From the NCBI GenBank assembly GCA_951406725.2, contig OX597838.1:14198001-14262000 (forward strand): a stretch of 64,000 nt of DNA. The letters run 5' to 3'. This document shows, piece by piece, positions 14,465-28,499 of this stretch; position 1 is the stretch's first letter, and the number at the start of each line of letters is the position of its first letter. This stretch comes from Octopus vulgaris. Taxonomy: Eukaryota. The notes beneath the pieces are model-generated. The model worked only from the letters and a program-made list of their open reading frames with translations, did not search any database and had not been told where the DNA came from. Position numbers and translations under genes: made by a program.

Positions 14465-14626
14465 TATATAGGGAGAGTTTACGAAAAAAACAAAAGACGA
14501 AAACAGGTGGTGTACAAAACAAACAGATGTATTAGTATAACGTTCAGGAATAGAAAAAAGTCTTTTACGTTTCAAGCCTATGCTCTTCTGCAGAAAGGGA
14601 CACAGAAAAAACAAGGAGAGAAAAAA

Positions 14627-14630
<4 letters not shown>
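14465..14630 (-). mobile_element. Penelope-like fragment nested in the internal microsatellite of a SINE
   Basis: Homologous to 37025-37200; flanked by TA runs inside the SINE at 14225-14818. Confidence 0.55.
14561..14598 (-). ncRNA. Ultra-minimal hammerhead variant (A6C core)
   Basis: Reverse complement reads CTTT-CTGCAGA-A-GAGC-atag-GCTT-GAAA-CG-TA-AAAG. Confidence 0.5.
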
Positions 14631-14674
<44 letters not shown>

Positions 14675-15478
14675 ACAATGGTCTTCTTTCAGTTTCCGTC
14701 TACCAAATCCACTCACAAGGCTTTGGTCAGCCCATGGCTATAGTAGAAGACACTTGCCCAAGTTGCCATGTAATAGGATTGAACCCATAACCATGTGGTT
14801 CGGGAAGCAAGCTTCTCTAACTTTGCTTTTTTCTTGGTCATGCTGATGGCCCTACACAAACCCATTTTTTACTTCTGGGAAGAGGTGGGTCCATATTAGT
14901 TTGGCCTCTGTATTCTGACCTGTCTAGCTTGGAAGGCCCGACTAGAAGCTTATACTGGTCTAGCATAGTGCTGAGGGTCATTGAGGAACACAAGCCACCA
15001 CCAAACTACAACAAGCACTGGACCTTGTATTGGCTGCCCATTCTCTTTGGCAAGGCCAGAAAGGATGTATGTGTATGTGTGTGTGTGTGTGTTTTAAGGG
15101 ATCATTAAAATAATTACCATTCAAATAATGGGGGGGAGTAATGGGAGTGTAATGGTTGGGGCGGGGGAAGGATAATAGGGGGGGGGTGAGGTTAAATTAA
15201 TCAACTCTATCTGCTTCTTTCTTTGAAAAAATTTCGTGAGTCTTCTGTAACGAATTTACGAGCAAATATTTCTTCGCAATTACCAACAGAATGGGGAGTT
15301 TGGAGATGTGTGAGGGCGGGGTGCAGTGGGGGTGGTAATAGCTGGCAGAACAAAAAAAAACCCCCCTCTACCCCTCCCTACATAATTGCTGGAAATTTGT
15401 GGGCCGTTCAGTACCATAAGGTCATTATTTATTCTCTGACCATTTCTGCAAAATTAAATGTATGTATGGATGTGTGTA

Positions 15479-15523
<45 letters not shown>

Positions 15524-15587
15524 CATCCATGCCAGCATGGAAGGTGGATGTTAAATAATGATAATGATATATATATATGTATATATG

Positions 15588-15623
<36 letters not shown>

Positions 15624-16607
15624 GATACATATATACATTTATATATACATATATGCAGACACACACACACAGAGGCATACACTTATGAAAATGGTGAATT
15701 GTTTTAAGCATTCTTGGATAAAACTAGAAAAAAGTCTTAGAGAATCTCTTCATTCCCCAAAATTGTTATTATAATTATTACTGTTGTTGCTCTTCTTCTT
15801 CTTCTTCTTCTTCATCTTCTTCTTATCATCATCATCCTCATCATCATCATCATTATTATTATTATTATTATCATTGTTATTATTATCATTATCATCATCA
15901 TTATTATTATTATTATTATCATTGTTCTGGTAATATTCTTGAAAGTTCTCTAAAATCGTTTAGGCTCTTGGGGGAATTGGATCAATACCACATTGAGTTG
16001 AGTGCCTTTTATCAATCTTCTTTTATCAATCTGATTCTCCTTGGTGCTGGCATTATCGGTCTACCTGTCTATCTACCTTTCTATTTTCTCTCTCTCTCTC
16101 TCTCTCATTCATCTTTCCTTACTGCAACACACCTACCCCCCTTTTTTCTGCTTCACACCCTCTCCATAGTACACTCTCTTTACCTGTCTCTATTCCCATC
16201 CCCCCTCTACCTATTCTACTCCCTACAGGTGAAATTCGGTGCTAGCCTACAAAGAGATTTGCATGTAACCTCTCTATCCCTCACCCTCTCTCTCAATCTC
16301 AAACTTTCACTTTTTCCTCCTCACCTCACTCTCACTGTTAACCTCCTTCTCTCTCCCTCCCCTTCTCTCCTACTCTTTCTGTCCTCTTACTCCTACTTTC
16401 TTACTCCCACCATCAGTCTGTCTTTCTCGCCATCACATATTTCACAGATTACCTTTTAAGGTGCTTCAAAGACATTCAGACATCTTCAAGACTTCCATGT
16501 AAACTAATGGGGTGTCAGAGAGAGAGACAGAAAAGAGGGAGAGTGAGAGTAACTTCAAAGTTTCAGCCAGCTAAAAACAAGCATTAGTATATATGTATAT
16601 ACATACA

Positions 16608-16969
16608 TCATCATCATCATCATCATCGTTTAGCGTCTGCTTTCCATGCTAGCATGGGTTGGACGGGTCAACTGGGGTCTGTGAAGCTGGAAGGCTTCGT
16701 CAGGCCCAGTCAGATCTGGCAGTGTTTCTATGGCTGGATGCCCTTCCTAACGCCAACCACTCCGCGAGTGTAGTGGGTGTTTTTTACGTGCCACCTGCAC
16801 AGGTGCCAGACAGAGCTGGCGAACGGCCACGAACGGATGGTGCTTTTACGTGTCACCGGCACGGGGCCAGGCGATGCTGGCAACGGACACGAACGGATGG
16901 TGCTTTTACGTGCCACCGACACGGGGCCAGACAGAGCTGGCAACCGGCCACGAACGGGCAACCGGCCAC

Positions 16970-16970
<1 letters not shown>
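16608..16970 (-). mobile_element. Non-coding repeat with an RTE-type (GAT)n tail and internal subrepeats
   Basis: Hallmark GGATGCCCTTCCTAACGCCAACC; copies at 20950-21412, 23085-23290, 41650-41878, 44670-45430, 55815-56330, 62398-63356. Confidence 0.75.
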
Positions 16971-17031
<61 letters not shown>

Positions 17032-17132
17032 TCATCATCATCCTTTAACATTGTATATTAAACGTTTTTATAAGTCAACCCAGTGTTCTACTGTGTTAGC
17101 AGTGTGCTTTTACATCACTTGCTAAGGTTATC

Positions 17133-17531
17133 TCAGAAACCTGGACATTATCAAAGAAGCTTGAGAGGCGGTTGGATGGAACCTACACTCGCCTCCTTAT
17201 GAGAGCTCAAAATCTCTCGTGGAGGCGCCATCCAACCAAAATGCAAATATATGGGAAACTACCACCTGTGTCATCTCTTGTGAAAGGTAAGAGAGTCCAG
17301 TTTGCTGGACATTGTTGTAGAGCTGAAAAAGAGGTAATTTCTACTCTTCTCCTCTGGAAGCCATCTACTCGCAATACCAGAGGGCGCACACTCTCCTACC
17401 CTGATGTAATCTCCAGGGATACAGGCATCCAGCAACAGGACCTCCGTAATGCCATGATGGACCGTGAAGTCTGGCGTAGCATGGCAAATTCCATTGTCTC
17501 GACGACGGTCGAACAATGATGATGATGATGA
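17133..17531 (+). mobile_element. RTE-group LINE 3' end (ORF C-terminus plus (GAT)n tail)
   Basis: SETWTLSKKLERRLDGTYTRLLMRAQNLSW..RVQFAGHCCR..LLLWKP..AMMDREVWR..*, uninterrupted. Confidence 0.85.
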
Positions 17532-18359
17532 TCTCTACAGATATTCTGTAGAAATTCTAGCTGGCATTGGTTTCTGTTACAACATTGATGCAAACAAACA
17601 ATAAGACCGAAGATGTAAAAAGGGCAATGGGCATATCCACTGATCCTGCCAGGCCACAAACTTTCTAACATCATTGGATGAAAGTGAATGAAGGCTTGGA
17701 AAGTTCTCAGGGGAGGAATACCGAAGACTACATTGACACCAATGAATAATTTGGTTTTTTTTTTCCAATCACTTGATCTGCTACAAACAGCAACTGAATC
17801 TCTCATTCCAATCACATTCTACAGTTTTAGAAAAATGACTTTTAGATAAAGGTGTAATCATTATCACAAAACACACACACACACCTACATGTCCCACCAC
17901 CACTTTCAAAACATAAGAACCGCCACCACCACCGCCGCCGCCGCCAACACCACCACCACCACCGCCCAATAACCACCACCGCCACCAACACCACCACCAC
18001 CACCACCAATACCACCACCGCCGCCACCACCACCACAACCACCACTGCCACCACCACTACCGCCGCCACCACCACCGCCGCCGCCGCCACCGCCGCCGCC
18101 ACCACCACCACCGCTGCCGCCGCCACCACCATCAACGTCACCACCACCACCACCAATACCACTGTCACCTCCACCACCGCCACAACCACCACCGCCGCCG
18201 CCGCAACCACCACCACCACCACCACCACCACCACCGCAACCGCCGCCACCACCAACACCACCACCACCACCGCCACCGTCACCATGTTACTTCTCTTGAC
18301 TCGTTCTCACTTCAATCATGCAAATTACTGAAGACCATGAATATCGTCTGCGCTAACTT

Positions 18360-18490
18360 GTGAAGGAGGCTAAAAATGGTATTGAGTGTTTCTTTGCTTC
18401 AAAACCTGAAGAATTTCACACCTGAAGCAACAACAATTTGCCAAATAGATGGGATTATGTTTTCAATAATTATGTTGGTAATATCATCTT
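18360..18490 (+). pseudogene. Mariner C-terminal fragment
   Basis: FFASKPEEF..NLPNRWDYV, similar to 29695-29790. Confidence 0.65.
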
Positions 18491-18631
18491 GAGTGGGGAG
18501 ATGAATAACTTCTGAGAGCCATACAAGCCATGTCAGTAAGATGAGAGTTAGCAACAAATTTAATGTACAGGCAGGAGTTCACCAAAATTTGGTTTTTAGT
18601 CTCCTATTCATGACAGTCCTCATGGTCATAC

Positions 18632-19165
18632 AAGTCGATTACATCGACCCAGTGCGTAACTGGTACTTATTTAATCGACCCCGAGAGGATGAAAGGTAAA
18701 GTCGACCACAGCGGAATTTGAACTGAATTCAGAATGTAACAGTAGACGAAATACCTATTTTTTTACTGCCCACAAGGGGCTAAACACAGAGGGGACAACA
18801 AGGTCAGACAAACGGATTAAGTCGATTGCATCGACCCCAGTGCGTAACTGGTACTTATTTAATCCACCCCGAAAGGATGAAAGGCAAAGACGACCTCAGT
18901 GGAATTTGAACTCAGAATGTAAAAAGAGACAAAATACCTATTTCTTTACTACCCACAAGGGACTAAACACAGAGAGGACAAACAAAGACAGACAAACGGA
19001 TTAAGTCGATTATATCGACCCCCAGTGTGTAACTGGTACTTATTTAATCAACCCCGATAGGATGAAAGGCAAAGTTGACCTTGGTGGAATTTGAACTCAG
19101 AACGTAGCAGCAGGCAAAATACCGCTAAGAATTTCACCTGGCGTGTTAATGATTCTGCCAGCCCG
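18632..19165 (-). mobile_element. SINE family M concatemer (3 units)
   Basis: Repeated core+tail units joined at ..AAATAG|GTATTT.. Confidence 0.8.
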
Positions 19166-19983
19166 AATATATAAGTATTGATAGAATAATTTGAATGCTA
19201 AAGGGTGAAACAGGACTTCAAAGTAGACTACTAATGAACAAGACTACATTAGCAGTTTTAGGTCCACTATGAGATGGCCATGGCTAGAACAGCCTTGATT
19301 ATAGATCTGTTCACTGATGGCTGACACCTAACTATTTTTGTACACGTGTTTTAAATAGAAATGAACAGACAACTACAAATATTTGAAAATAACATAAAAA
19401 TTAAAATAAAATAAAATAAAAATTAACGAACAATAAACATTGGATGTACATGGAGGGGGTATGGGTATGGATGTGTGTGCATGGAGGTGTGCGTATGTGT
19501 GTGCATGGAGGTGTGTGTATGTGTGTGCATGGAGGTGTGTGTATGTGTGTGCATGGAGGTGTGTGTGTGTATGAATGTGGGGTGAGAGTAGGTAAAGGTG
19601 AGTATTTGCATATGTATGTGTATATGTATGTGTGTATGTGTATATATCTGTGTGTGTGTGTGTGTACATATGTATGTGTGTGTATATATGTACGTAGTGT
19701 GGATGTATGCTTGTGTGTGTGTGTAGGTGTGTGTGTGTAGGTGTTGTCTGAATGATAATAATGTGTTTACCAAAATGTTGTTGTTGTAGATGTTGGTGTC
19801 TGTTTATTAATGAGATATATCTTGTCAGGTGTGTATGTGTGTATGGTGTGTGTGCGGGGGTGGGGTGAAGAGAGAGAGAGAGAGAGAGAGTAAGAACAGC
19901 AATGAGACAAATTGGTGGGGAGAAATATTAAGTTTACAGCAGCTGTGTTTATAATTTGTATAATAGACATGATGACACGTCAT

Positions 19984-20044
<61 letters not shown>

Positions 20045-20384
20045 AAGTGAAAGAGAGGCAGGGAGAGAGAGAGAGAAAGATAGGAAGGATAAGAGAAAGG
20101 AGAAAATGTGACAGAAAAAAGTAAGAGAAAAACCAAGAGAGACAGAGACTGAAAGAGAGAGAAAGAGAGAGAAAGGAGAGGAGAGAGAGGAAGAAAGAAG
20201 AGGAGAGAGAGAGAGGGGGAGAAAGAAGAGGAGAGAGGAGAGGCAGAGGGAAAAAGTAAATTTATTTTCAAACTTATCCATGTTGTCTCAGTACTCCAGT
20301 CAATTAACACGAGTTGCTAATTAATGTATTGATACACAAATGAGCAAAATTAGTGGTGGTTATTCATAACATTTTCCATATTTT

Positions 20385-20429
<45 letters not shown>

Positions 20430-20577
20430 TTTCTTTTTATTTCTCTCTCTCTCTCTCCCTCGGTTCTCTCTCTCACTCAAATGAAGCAAATACTCTTGAT
20501 TCAATAAAAGTCAATGAAACTAGTTTAGTTGTTCTTTGTTCCAATCTAGATTGAGAGGGAAAGAGAAAGTGAGACAA

Positions 20578-20613
<36 letters not shown>

Positions 20614-20949
20614 GGGAGAGAGAGAGAGGGCCTTGGTATTAAACCTCAAGGATCTATTTAAATAGGGAGGCTTAATGCCCATAACAGAGACAAAGATACA
20701 TTATTCAATATATTATAGTTCAGAAAGAATTTTCTAGTCATTCAGTCAGAAAAAATGAGAATATAAATATTTTAGTCAATATATTTGTAAAATGTTAAAA
20801 TGTTCATAATGAATTGTTGTCATTAAGAAAATAATATTTTGGCCTGTTAACCACTGGCATGGTGGCCATATGGCTTGGAAGTTCACTCTGCAATCTTGTG
20901 ATTCCATGTTTGCTACCCCTGTGTTACAAATTGGAAAACAAATGTCTTC

Positions 20950-21412
20950 TTTCTCTGCTTGCGAGGACTTGTTGAGGCAAATGAAATTGGAATCGAAATC
21001 TAAACCAAATTTGATGACTGGCATCCGTGCTAGTGGAGCACTAAGAGTACCATACGAGTGAGATCGTTGCCAGAGCAACAAGCTGGCCTCCGTGCAGATG
21101 GCATGTTAAAAACACCGTTCGAGCGTGATCGCTACCTGCGTTGCCTTACTAGCACTTGTGCTGGTGGCATGTGAAAAACATTCGATCAAGGTCGTTGCTA
21201 GTACCGCTGGACTGGCTCCTGTGCAGGTGGCACATCAAAAGCACCATTTGAGCATGGCATGTAAAAAACACTATTTGAGTATGGCCATTGTCAGTATCGC
21301 CCAACTGGCCCTCATGCCGGTGGCACGTAAAAGCACCCACTACACTCTCGGAGTGGTTGGCGTTAGGAAGGGCATCCAGGTGTAGAAACTCTGCCAGACC
21401 AGATTGGAGCCT
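20950..21412 (+). mobile_element. Same RTE-tailed repeat family
   Basis: Near reverse complement of 62890-63220. Confidence 0.75.
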
Positions 21413-22478
21413 GGAATGATGAAATGGCTATGAATGAGATTCAAATTCTAAAGTAAAATCTGAACTAGGATACAAATACAAAAGAGACAGAGAGCTACCA
21501 CATGGTAACGAGTCCAATACTTCAACAGTGCTACCAATTTACTACTGAAAGGATGAAAGGTGAAGCTGTTATAAGCAGGACTAGCATTGAGTGCTAAAAG
21601 CTAGATGAAATACCACAAGGTACTGCATCGACTGGTCACATGACTCATCGAATTTGACAACCATTGATGACAGTATTTCATTTATGAATGTTTTGTAAAA
21701 TGAAATACCTTTTATGGGAATGCTGGCGTTGTTTTCAATCACTATACAAAGGAAGAAGAACTAGACCCTACTAGAGAATGAAGCTGTTGCAAGGAAGAGA
21801 AAGAAAGCATTTTAGTTAATGAATACCGTAGCCAGATGTTCAGTCATTAAACTTTTCCTCACCAGATATATAAGCATATTTTACTATTCAGGGTAAAAAA
21901 AAAATATAAAAATATCAATAAGATAAATGAATATCAACTCTCCCTTTTTTTGAATAATTGAATTTTATTTTAATGGAAAAATAATGTACCTTCAGTAAAA
22001 AGTTACCGAGAATAATGAACCAATCTGGTGGCATAAAGTCCACACACCGCTGAACATTGGCAGCCATTAGTTTCACAAACATTGAGGAAGCAAGATTAGA
22101 GAATAAATTGAAAGCCAAAAAAATGTTTCTACTGAAGAGCATCAAATTGCAAAAAAAAAAAAAAACAGAATTGCCTTCAAAGCACATTCTACTGTTTTAA
22201 TTCAATAAATGGCTATTGTTATTTAGACAGGCAGAATTTCTTGTTTATTTTTGAAGTTCAATTTACACACTGCAGTTATCACTCACTATTAAATCCACGA
22301 GTTGTGAGTGAAGACTCAGAATGTATTTATACGTAACGTCACGTAAACAGAATAATTTCTGCTCTTGTCCAGTGTCATTAATGAGTGGGGGAGTGTGCAT
22401 GTGTGTGTTACAGTGGCTATGTGTCTGTACTAATTTTTGCAGACAATTCATTTCATAGGAATGTATAAAATAACAGTA

Positions 22479-22529
<51 letters not shown>

Positions 22530-22533
<4 letters not shown>

Positions 22534-23056
22534 CAGAAAAAAGATGGTATAGGCACACACCAGAAAAGGTCACAGAAAACGAGAAAGCAACCAAACTGTG
22601 GGATATGCCAATACACACAGATAGAGAAATTAAGGCCAACAGACCAGATATAGTTGTCAGAGAACATGAAGAAAAAAATGCTTTCTATTTGATGTATCAA
22701 TACCGGCAGATGACAACGTGTCTCTAAAAGAAATGGAGAAACTTTCAAAATACAAAGACCTGGAAATAGAGGTAACTAGAATGTGGAATCTAAAAACAGA
22801 AACAATTCCTATCATAGAAGGTGCATTAGGCATGATAAAAAAATATTCAGACAAATACATAACAAAAACACCAGGACTTACAAACACATATAACATACAG
22901 AAAATTGCACTTCTAGGCACTGCACACATCCTACGCAAAACACTTTCAATACAGTAACCATCAGAGCATCACAACAAATCACAGCACATACCCAAGGCAC
23001 AAAGAGCTGTGCTTGGTAGTGAAGTGAAAGCACATTATGAAAATAAAACTACTGAA
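22530..23056 (+). mobile_element. R4/Dong-clade LINE 3' end (RLE domain plus 3'UTR) embedded in (TAA)n
   Basis: LWDMPIHTDREIKANRPDIVV..(frameshift)..EKLSKYKDLEIEVTRMW..GALG..IQKIALLGTAHILRKTL*; (TAA)n on both sides. Confidence 0.9.
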
Positions 23057-23362
23057 TAATAATAATAATAATAATAATCATCATCATCATCACTGTTGTT
23101 TAATGTCTACTTTTCCATGTTTGCTTGGGTCAGATAGGATTTGTTGAGAAAGATATTTCAATGGCTGGATGCCTTTCCTGTCGCCAACATTCTCCAAGCA
23201 GCGTAAAATTTCCCCATTGAAGACTGAAAACAAAATAACATCACTTGTATAACAGTGATGCTCCCTTACAATCAATACATGTAAATGCAAACATATACAA
23301 ATGCATGTATACACATATATATAAGGTTTGGCAATGCTCACAGGAGAAACAGAACTCAAAAC

Positions 23363-23435
<73 letters not shown>

Positions 23436-23680
23436 GAGGCACATGGCTTAGTAGTTAGGGTGTTGAATTCATGATCGTAAGATTGTGGTTTCGATTCTTG
23501 GACCGGGCAATGCGTTGTGTTCTTGAACAACACACTTAATTTTCACCTTGCTCCAGTCCACTCAGCTGGCAAAAATGAGTAATCCTGCGATGGACCGGTG
23601 TCCCGTCCAGGTGGGGAATTTCTACGCCACTGAAATGGGGAAACCGGCCCTTATGAACATGGCATGGCTCGAGAAGGAAC
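23436..23680 (+). mobile_element. tRNA-derived CORE-type SINE family B
   Basis: tRNA-like head GAGGCACATGGCTTAGTAGTTAGG and CORE-like TTGTGTTCTTGAACAACACACTT; related copies at 33250-33510, 33610-33813, 47060-47180, 55478-55720. Confidence 0.8.
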
Positions 23681-23727
23681 ATTTATTTATTTATATATAT
23701 ATCTATATATTTATTATATATATATAT

Positions 23728-23838
23728 TCTATTATATAAAATCTGTTCTGTCTGTCTGTGTGTGTGTCTTCTAGGATTTCAGGCATCCTCCATCCGATTG
23801 CGCTCAAATTTGATATGTAGATACCGACAGTATCAGGG
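23728..23838 (+). mobile_element. Possible Helitron/Helentron-associated 5' fragment
   Basis: TCTATTATATAAAA..(CTGT)n..CCGATTGCGCTCAAATTTG pattern; single copy in the window. Confidence 0.35.
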
Positions 23839-24108
23839 CAGTGAGTTCGATTCCTGGACCAGGCTGTGCATTGTATTCTTGAGCAATACAATGCTCAAGT
23901 TCACTCAGCTGTAGGAATGAATTGCAATGTCACTGGTGCCAAGCTGTATCGGCCTTTGCCTTTCCCTTGGACAACATCAGAGCGGAGACTGGTATGCATA
24001 GGTAACAGCTGGTCTTCCATAAACACCTGTGTCTGGACTTGTGCCCAGAAGGGGAATTTTCTAGGTGTTATCCCATGGTCATTCATGACTGAAGAGGGTC
24101 TTTACCTT
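23838..24108 (+). mobile_element. Family-B-headed SINE with an alternative 3' module
   Basis: Second copy at 54571-54876. Confidence 0.75.
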
Positions 24109-24145
24109 TAACACACACACACACACACACATACATACATATATA

Positions 24146-24350
24146 TAGGTGCAGGCATGACTGTGTGGTAAAAAGCTTGCTTCTCAACCACATGGTTTCG
24201 GGTTCAGTCCCACTGAGTGGCACCTTGGGCAAATGTCTCCTGCTATAGTCTTGAGCCAACTGAAGTCTCATGAGTGGATTAGGTGGATGGAAACTGAAAG
24301 AAGCCCATTGTAATATTATATGTGTGTGTGTTTGTCTGTCCTTCCTCCAC
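24146..24350 (+). mobile_element. SINE family A, 5' half
   Basis: Diverged head sequence. Confidence 0.8.
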
Positions 24351-25059
24351 TGCTACACATTCCTATGTCACCTGTGTGTATTCAGTAATGAATGAGTGGG
24401 CGGGAGAGAGACAGATCGACAAAGAGACGGACAGAGAGACAGCGTGAGGTAAGGTAAGGTAAGTAGGTAGGTGTGAAAAGTTCTGAATAATTTGTTTTAA
24501 ATATTTATGAATCAATATCCAGGTTATCTCTCTACCTTGCTCGTTAGAATGTAAATTATTTCTGACTGGTGAGCATGGTTTGTTTATATGTAAATTCTGA
24601 AAATGGTTTTACATTTGGCTTAAAACAACCTGGTGCTTCAGTTTTAATTGATTCAGAAGTGGTTTTTTTTCTTTGTTTTTTTTTTTTGTATTTTCTTTTT
24701 TTTTGTATTTTTTTTTTGTATTTTCTTTTTTTGTATTTTTTTTTGTATTTTTTAAATTTTTTTAAAAACTTACTTTGTAAATTCTCTACCATGATACTCT
24801 AAATCATTAATCAGTTTTGATCAGCTGTTATAAAAATCAATTGAACTGGTTTTGTTTTTTTGGGGTGGTGGTGGTGGTGGTGGTGGTGGCGAGGTTTTTT
24901 ATATTTTTTTTTTAAAATAAAGTTTAAACACACCGAATGTATTTTTGACTAAGGTTAAAAAAACAGAAAATCCCTTCCCCTCCCCTCTCCTCCCCCCTCC
25001 TTATCCTTCGAAAATGACACATTCTTAGGTTATTGACTCTTAGACATTCACCACAACAC

Positions 25060-25644
25060 ACATCCACACACACATTCACAAACACATGCATAGATACACA
25101 TAAATACATACAAACAGATACACATACATACACACAAACATACATACATACATACAAATACATACATACATACACAGACACACACACAAATACATACATA
25201 CATACAAATACATACATACAAATACATACATACATACAAATACATACAAATACATACATACATACAAACATACGTACATATATACATACATACATACAAA
25301 CATACGTACATACATACATACATACTTACAAATACATACATACATACATACAAATACATAGATACATACATACATACAAACATACAAACATACATACATA
25401 CATTCATACGTACATACATACATACATACATACATACATAACATACGTACATACATACGTACATACATACATACATACACACACACACAAATACATACAT
25501 ACATACTTACACATACATACATACATACATACATACATACATACAAATACATACATACATACATACATACATACAAATACATACATACATACATACAAAT
25601 ACATACAAACATACATACATACAAACATATGTACACACATACAT

Positions 25645-25683
<39 letters not shown>

Positions 25684-25800
25684 AATACAGAAATACATAC
25701 AAACACAAACATGCTCATAAACACATCCATACACAAATACACACACAGAATACAAACAAATACATACATATACACACAAGTAACATTACACCCACACACA
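25060..25800. repeat. (TACA)n/(CA)n compound microsatellite
   Basis: Direct inspection; other large simple repeats at 1015-1230, 27306-27600, 43600-44270, 60530-61100, 61620-61945. Confidence 0.95.
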
Positions 25801-26140
25801 GACACATGTATGTATGTAAGTATGTGTATATATGAATTTCCATTATTTCATTCATCTAGATAAATATAAATACAGACATTAGCCCAGACTTCTTAGCTGC
25901 ACTGTCTTTTTTCCCCTGTATTGTGAATAAACCACACTGTCTTTTTCACTGTATTGTGTCCATGGCTAAAGAACCGTTTCAAAATACATATTCCCATTGC
26001 ATCACCAATACACTGCATTGATGATTTCACTCAGGTCAATTAGTGTACAGATATAGATTTATAGTTTTCTTTTCATGTGCACGAGGGCATACTAAAGCCT
26101 TTCATTCAAAGAAAAACATTAAATTTAATGTCGTCGTTAT

Positions 26141-27333
26141 GTGCGGAGGTGGCTGCGTGGTAAGAAGCTTGCACTGGCAGAATCGTTAGCACACCGAGCG
26201 AAATGTTTAGCGGTATTTCGTCTGCCGTTACGTTCTGAGTTCAAATTCCGCCGAGGTCGACTTTGCCTTTCATCCTTTCGGGGTTGATTAAATAAGTACC
26301 TTGTTTGTCCTCTCTGTGTTTAGCCCCTTGTGGGTAGTAAAGAAATAGATATTTTGTCTGCCGTTACGTTCTGAGTTCAAATTCCGCCGAGGTCGACTTT
26401 GCCTTTCATCCTTTCGGGGTTGATTAAATAAGTACCTTGTTTGTCCTCTCTGTGTTTAGCCCCTTGTGGGTAGTAAAGAAATAGATATTTTGTCTGCCGT
26501 TACGTTCTGAGTTCAAATTCCGCCGAGGTCGTCTTTGCCTTTCATCCTTTCGGGGTCGATTAAATAAGTACCAGTTACGCACTGGGGTCGATATAATCGA
26601 CTTAATCCGTTTGCCTGTCCTTGTTTGTCCTCTCTGTGTTTAGCCCCTTCTGGGTTGTAAAGAAATAGGTATTTCGTCTGTCATTACGTTCTGAGCTCAA
26701 ATTCCGCCAAGGTCGACTTTGCCTTTCATCCTTTCGGGGTCGATTAAATAAGTACCTTGTTTGTCCTCTCTGTGTTTAGCCCCTTGTGAGTAGTAAAGAA
26801 ATAGGTATTTCGTCTGTCATTACGTTCTGAGCTCAAATTCCGCCAAGGTCGACTTTGCCTTTCATCCTTTCGGGGTCGATTAAATAAGTACCAGTTACAC
26901 ACTGGGGTCGATATAATCGACTTAATCCGTTTGTGTGTCCTTGTTTGTCCACTCTGTGTTTAGCCCCTTGTGGGTAGTAAAGAAATAGGTATTTCGTCTG
27001 CCGCTACGTTCTGAGCTCAAATTCTGCCGAGGTCGACTTTGCCTTTCATCCTTTCGGGGTCGATTAAATAAGTACCAGTTATGCACTGGGGGTCGATGTA
27101 ATCAACTTAATCCCTTTCTCTGTCCTTGTTTGTCCCCTCTATGTTTAGCCCCTTGTGGGCAATAAAGAAATAAGAAGCTTGCTTCCTAACTACACAGTTC
27201 CACGTTCAGTCCTACTACGTAGCACCTTGGACATTTGTTTTCTTCCATAGCCTCGGGTCAACCAAAGTCTTGTGAGTTGATTTGGTAGACAGAAACTGAA
27301 AGAATCTGTGTGTGTGTGTGTGTGTGTGTGTGG

Positions 27334-27388
<55 letters not shown>

Positions 27389-27423
27389 GTGTGTGTGTGT
27401 GTGGTTGTGTGTGTGTGGTTGTG

Positions 27424-27457
<34 letters not shown>

Positions 27458-27458
27458 G

Positions 27459-27512
<54 letters not shown>

Positions 27513-27530
27513 TTGTGTGTGTGTGTGTGG

Positions 27531-27579
<49 letters not shown>

Positions 27580-27798
27580 GTTGTGTGTGTGTGTGTGTTT
27601 GTCCCCTACCACTGCTTGACAACTGTGCTGGTGTGTTTACATATCCGTAACTTAGTGGTTCGTCAAAAGGGACTAACAGAATAAGTACTAAGCTTAAAAG
27701 AATAAAGTACTGCGATTGACTTGTTTGTCAAAAACTCCTTCAAGGCAGTGCCCCAGCATGACCACAGTCAAATGACTGAAACAAGTAAATGATAAAAG
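26141..27798 (+). mobile_element. SINE family A split by a family-M concatemer and an expanded (GT)n tract
   Basis: Head at 26141-26172 resumes at 27171; tail at 27596-27798. Confidence 0.8.
26173..27170 (+). mobile_element. SINE family M concatemer (6 units) with 12-bp TSD TAAGAAGCTTGC
   Basis: TSD at 26161-26172 and 27171-27182; units of ~136 and ~184 bp. Confidence 0.85.
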
Positions 27799-28116
27799 AT
27801 TCTAGGATGACCTTTTCTGGAAGAACACATTTCTCTGGACTCTTTCATTATTTTCTTTTTTATAACCGTTAGCTTCACTTCAACATTTAAATTTAATTTG
27901 TGCCAAAATATTTTCATCACATTGAAACCACGACCTGTCCACTGACAAAACTTCACAAAAGTGATGCAGCACAGTTTTGTCAGTGAACAGGTCACAGTTT
28001 CAAAATGACGGTGGGGGTAAAAATTTAGATTACAATTTATTTTTCTTATACCAATGGACCATGTGTGTGTTACTTACAGTAAAATATGAATTCATTTTTA
28101 CATTCTAATGCTTTGT

Positions 28117-28470
28117 TCTCTTTACTCTTTACTCTCTTTTACTTGTTTCAGTCATTTGACTGTGGCCATGCTGGAGCGCCGCCTTTAGTCGAGCAAATCG
28201 ACCCCGGGACTTATTCTTTGTAAGCCCAGTACTTATTCTATCGGTCTCTTTTGCCGAACCGCTAAGTGACGGAGACATAAACACACCAGCATTGGTTGTC
28301 AAGCAATGCTGGGGGGACAAACACAGACACACAAACACATATATATATATATATACATATATACGACAGGCTTCTTTCAGTTTCTGTCTACCAAATCCAC
28401 TCACAAGGCACTGGTCGGCCCGGGGCTATAGCAGAAGACACTTGCCCAAGATGCCATGCAGTGGGACTGA
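28117..28470 (-). mobile_element. SINE family A, 5'-truncated
   Basis: High similarity to 127-546. Confidence 0.9.
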
Positions 28471-28499
28471 TAAATTTGTATCAATTTATTCTTTTAAAG

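Larger units (their letters stand above)
14225..14818 (-). mobile_element. SINE family A, interrupted
   Basis: Tail and head separated by an inserted Penelope-like fragment. Confidence 0.85.

Noticed and set aside
22125-22170. CTGAAGA-GCA..TGC-AAAA hammerhead-like string
   Set aside because: Lacks G12, stem III and a cleavage triplet.
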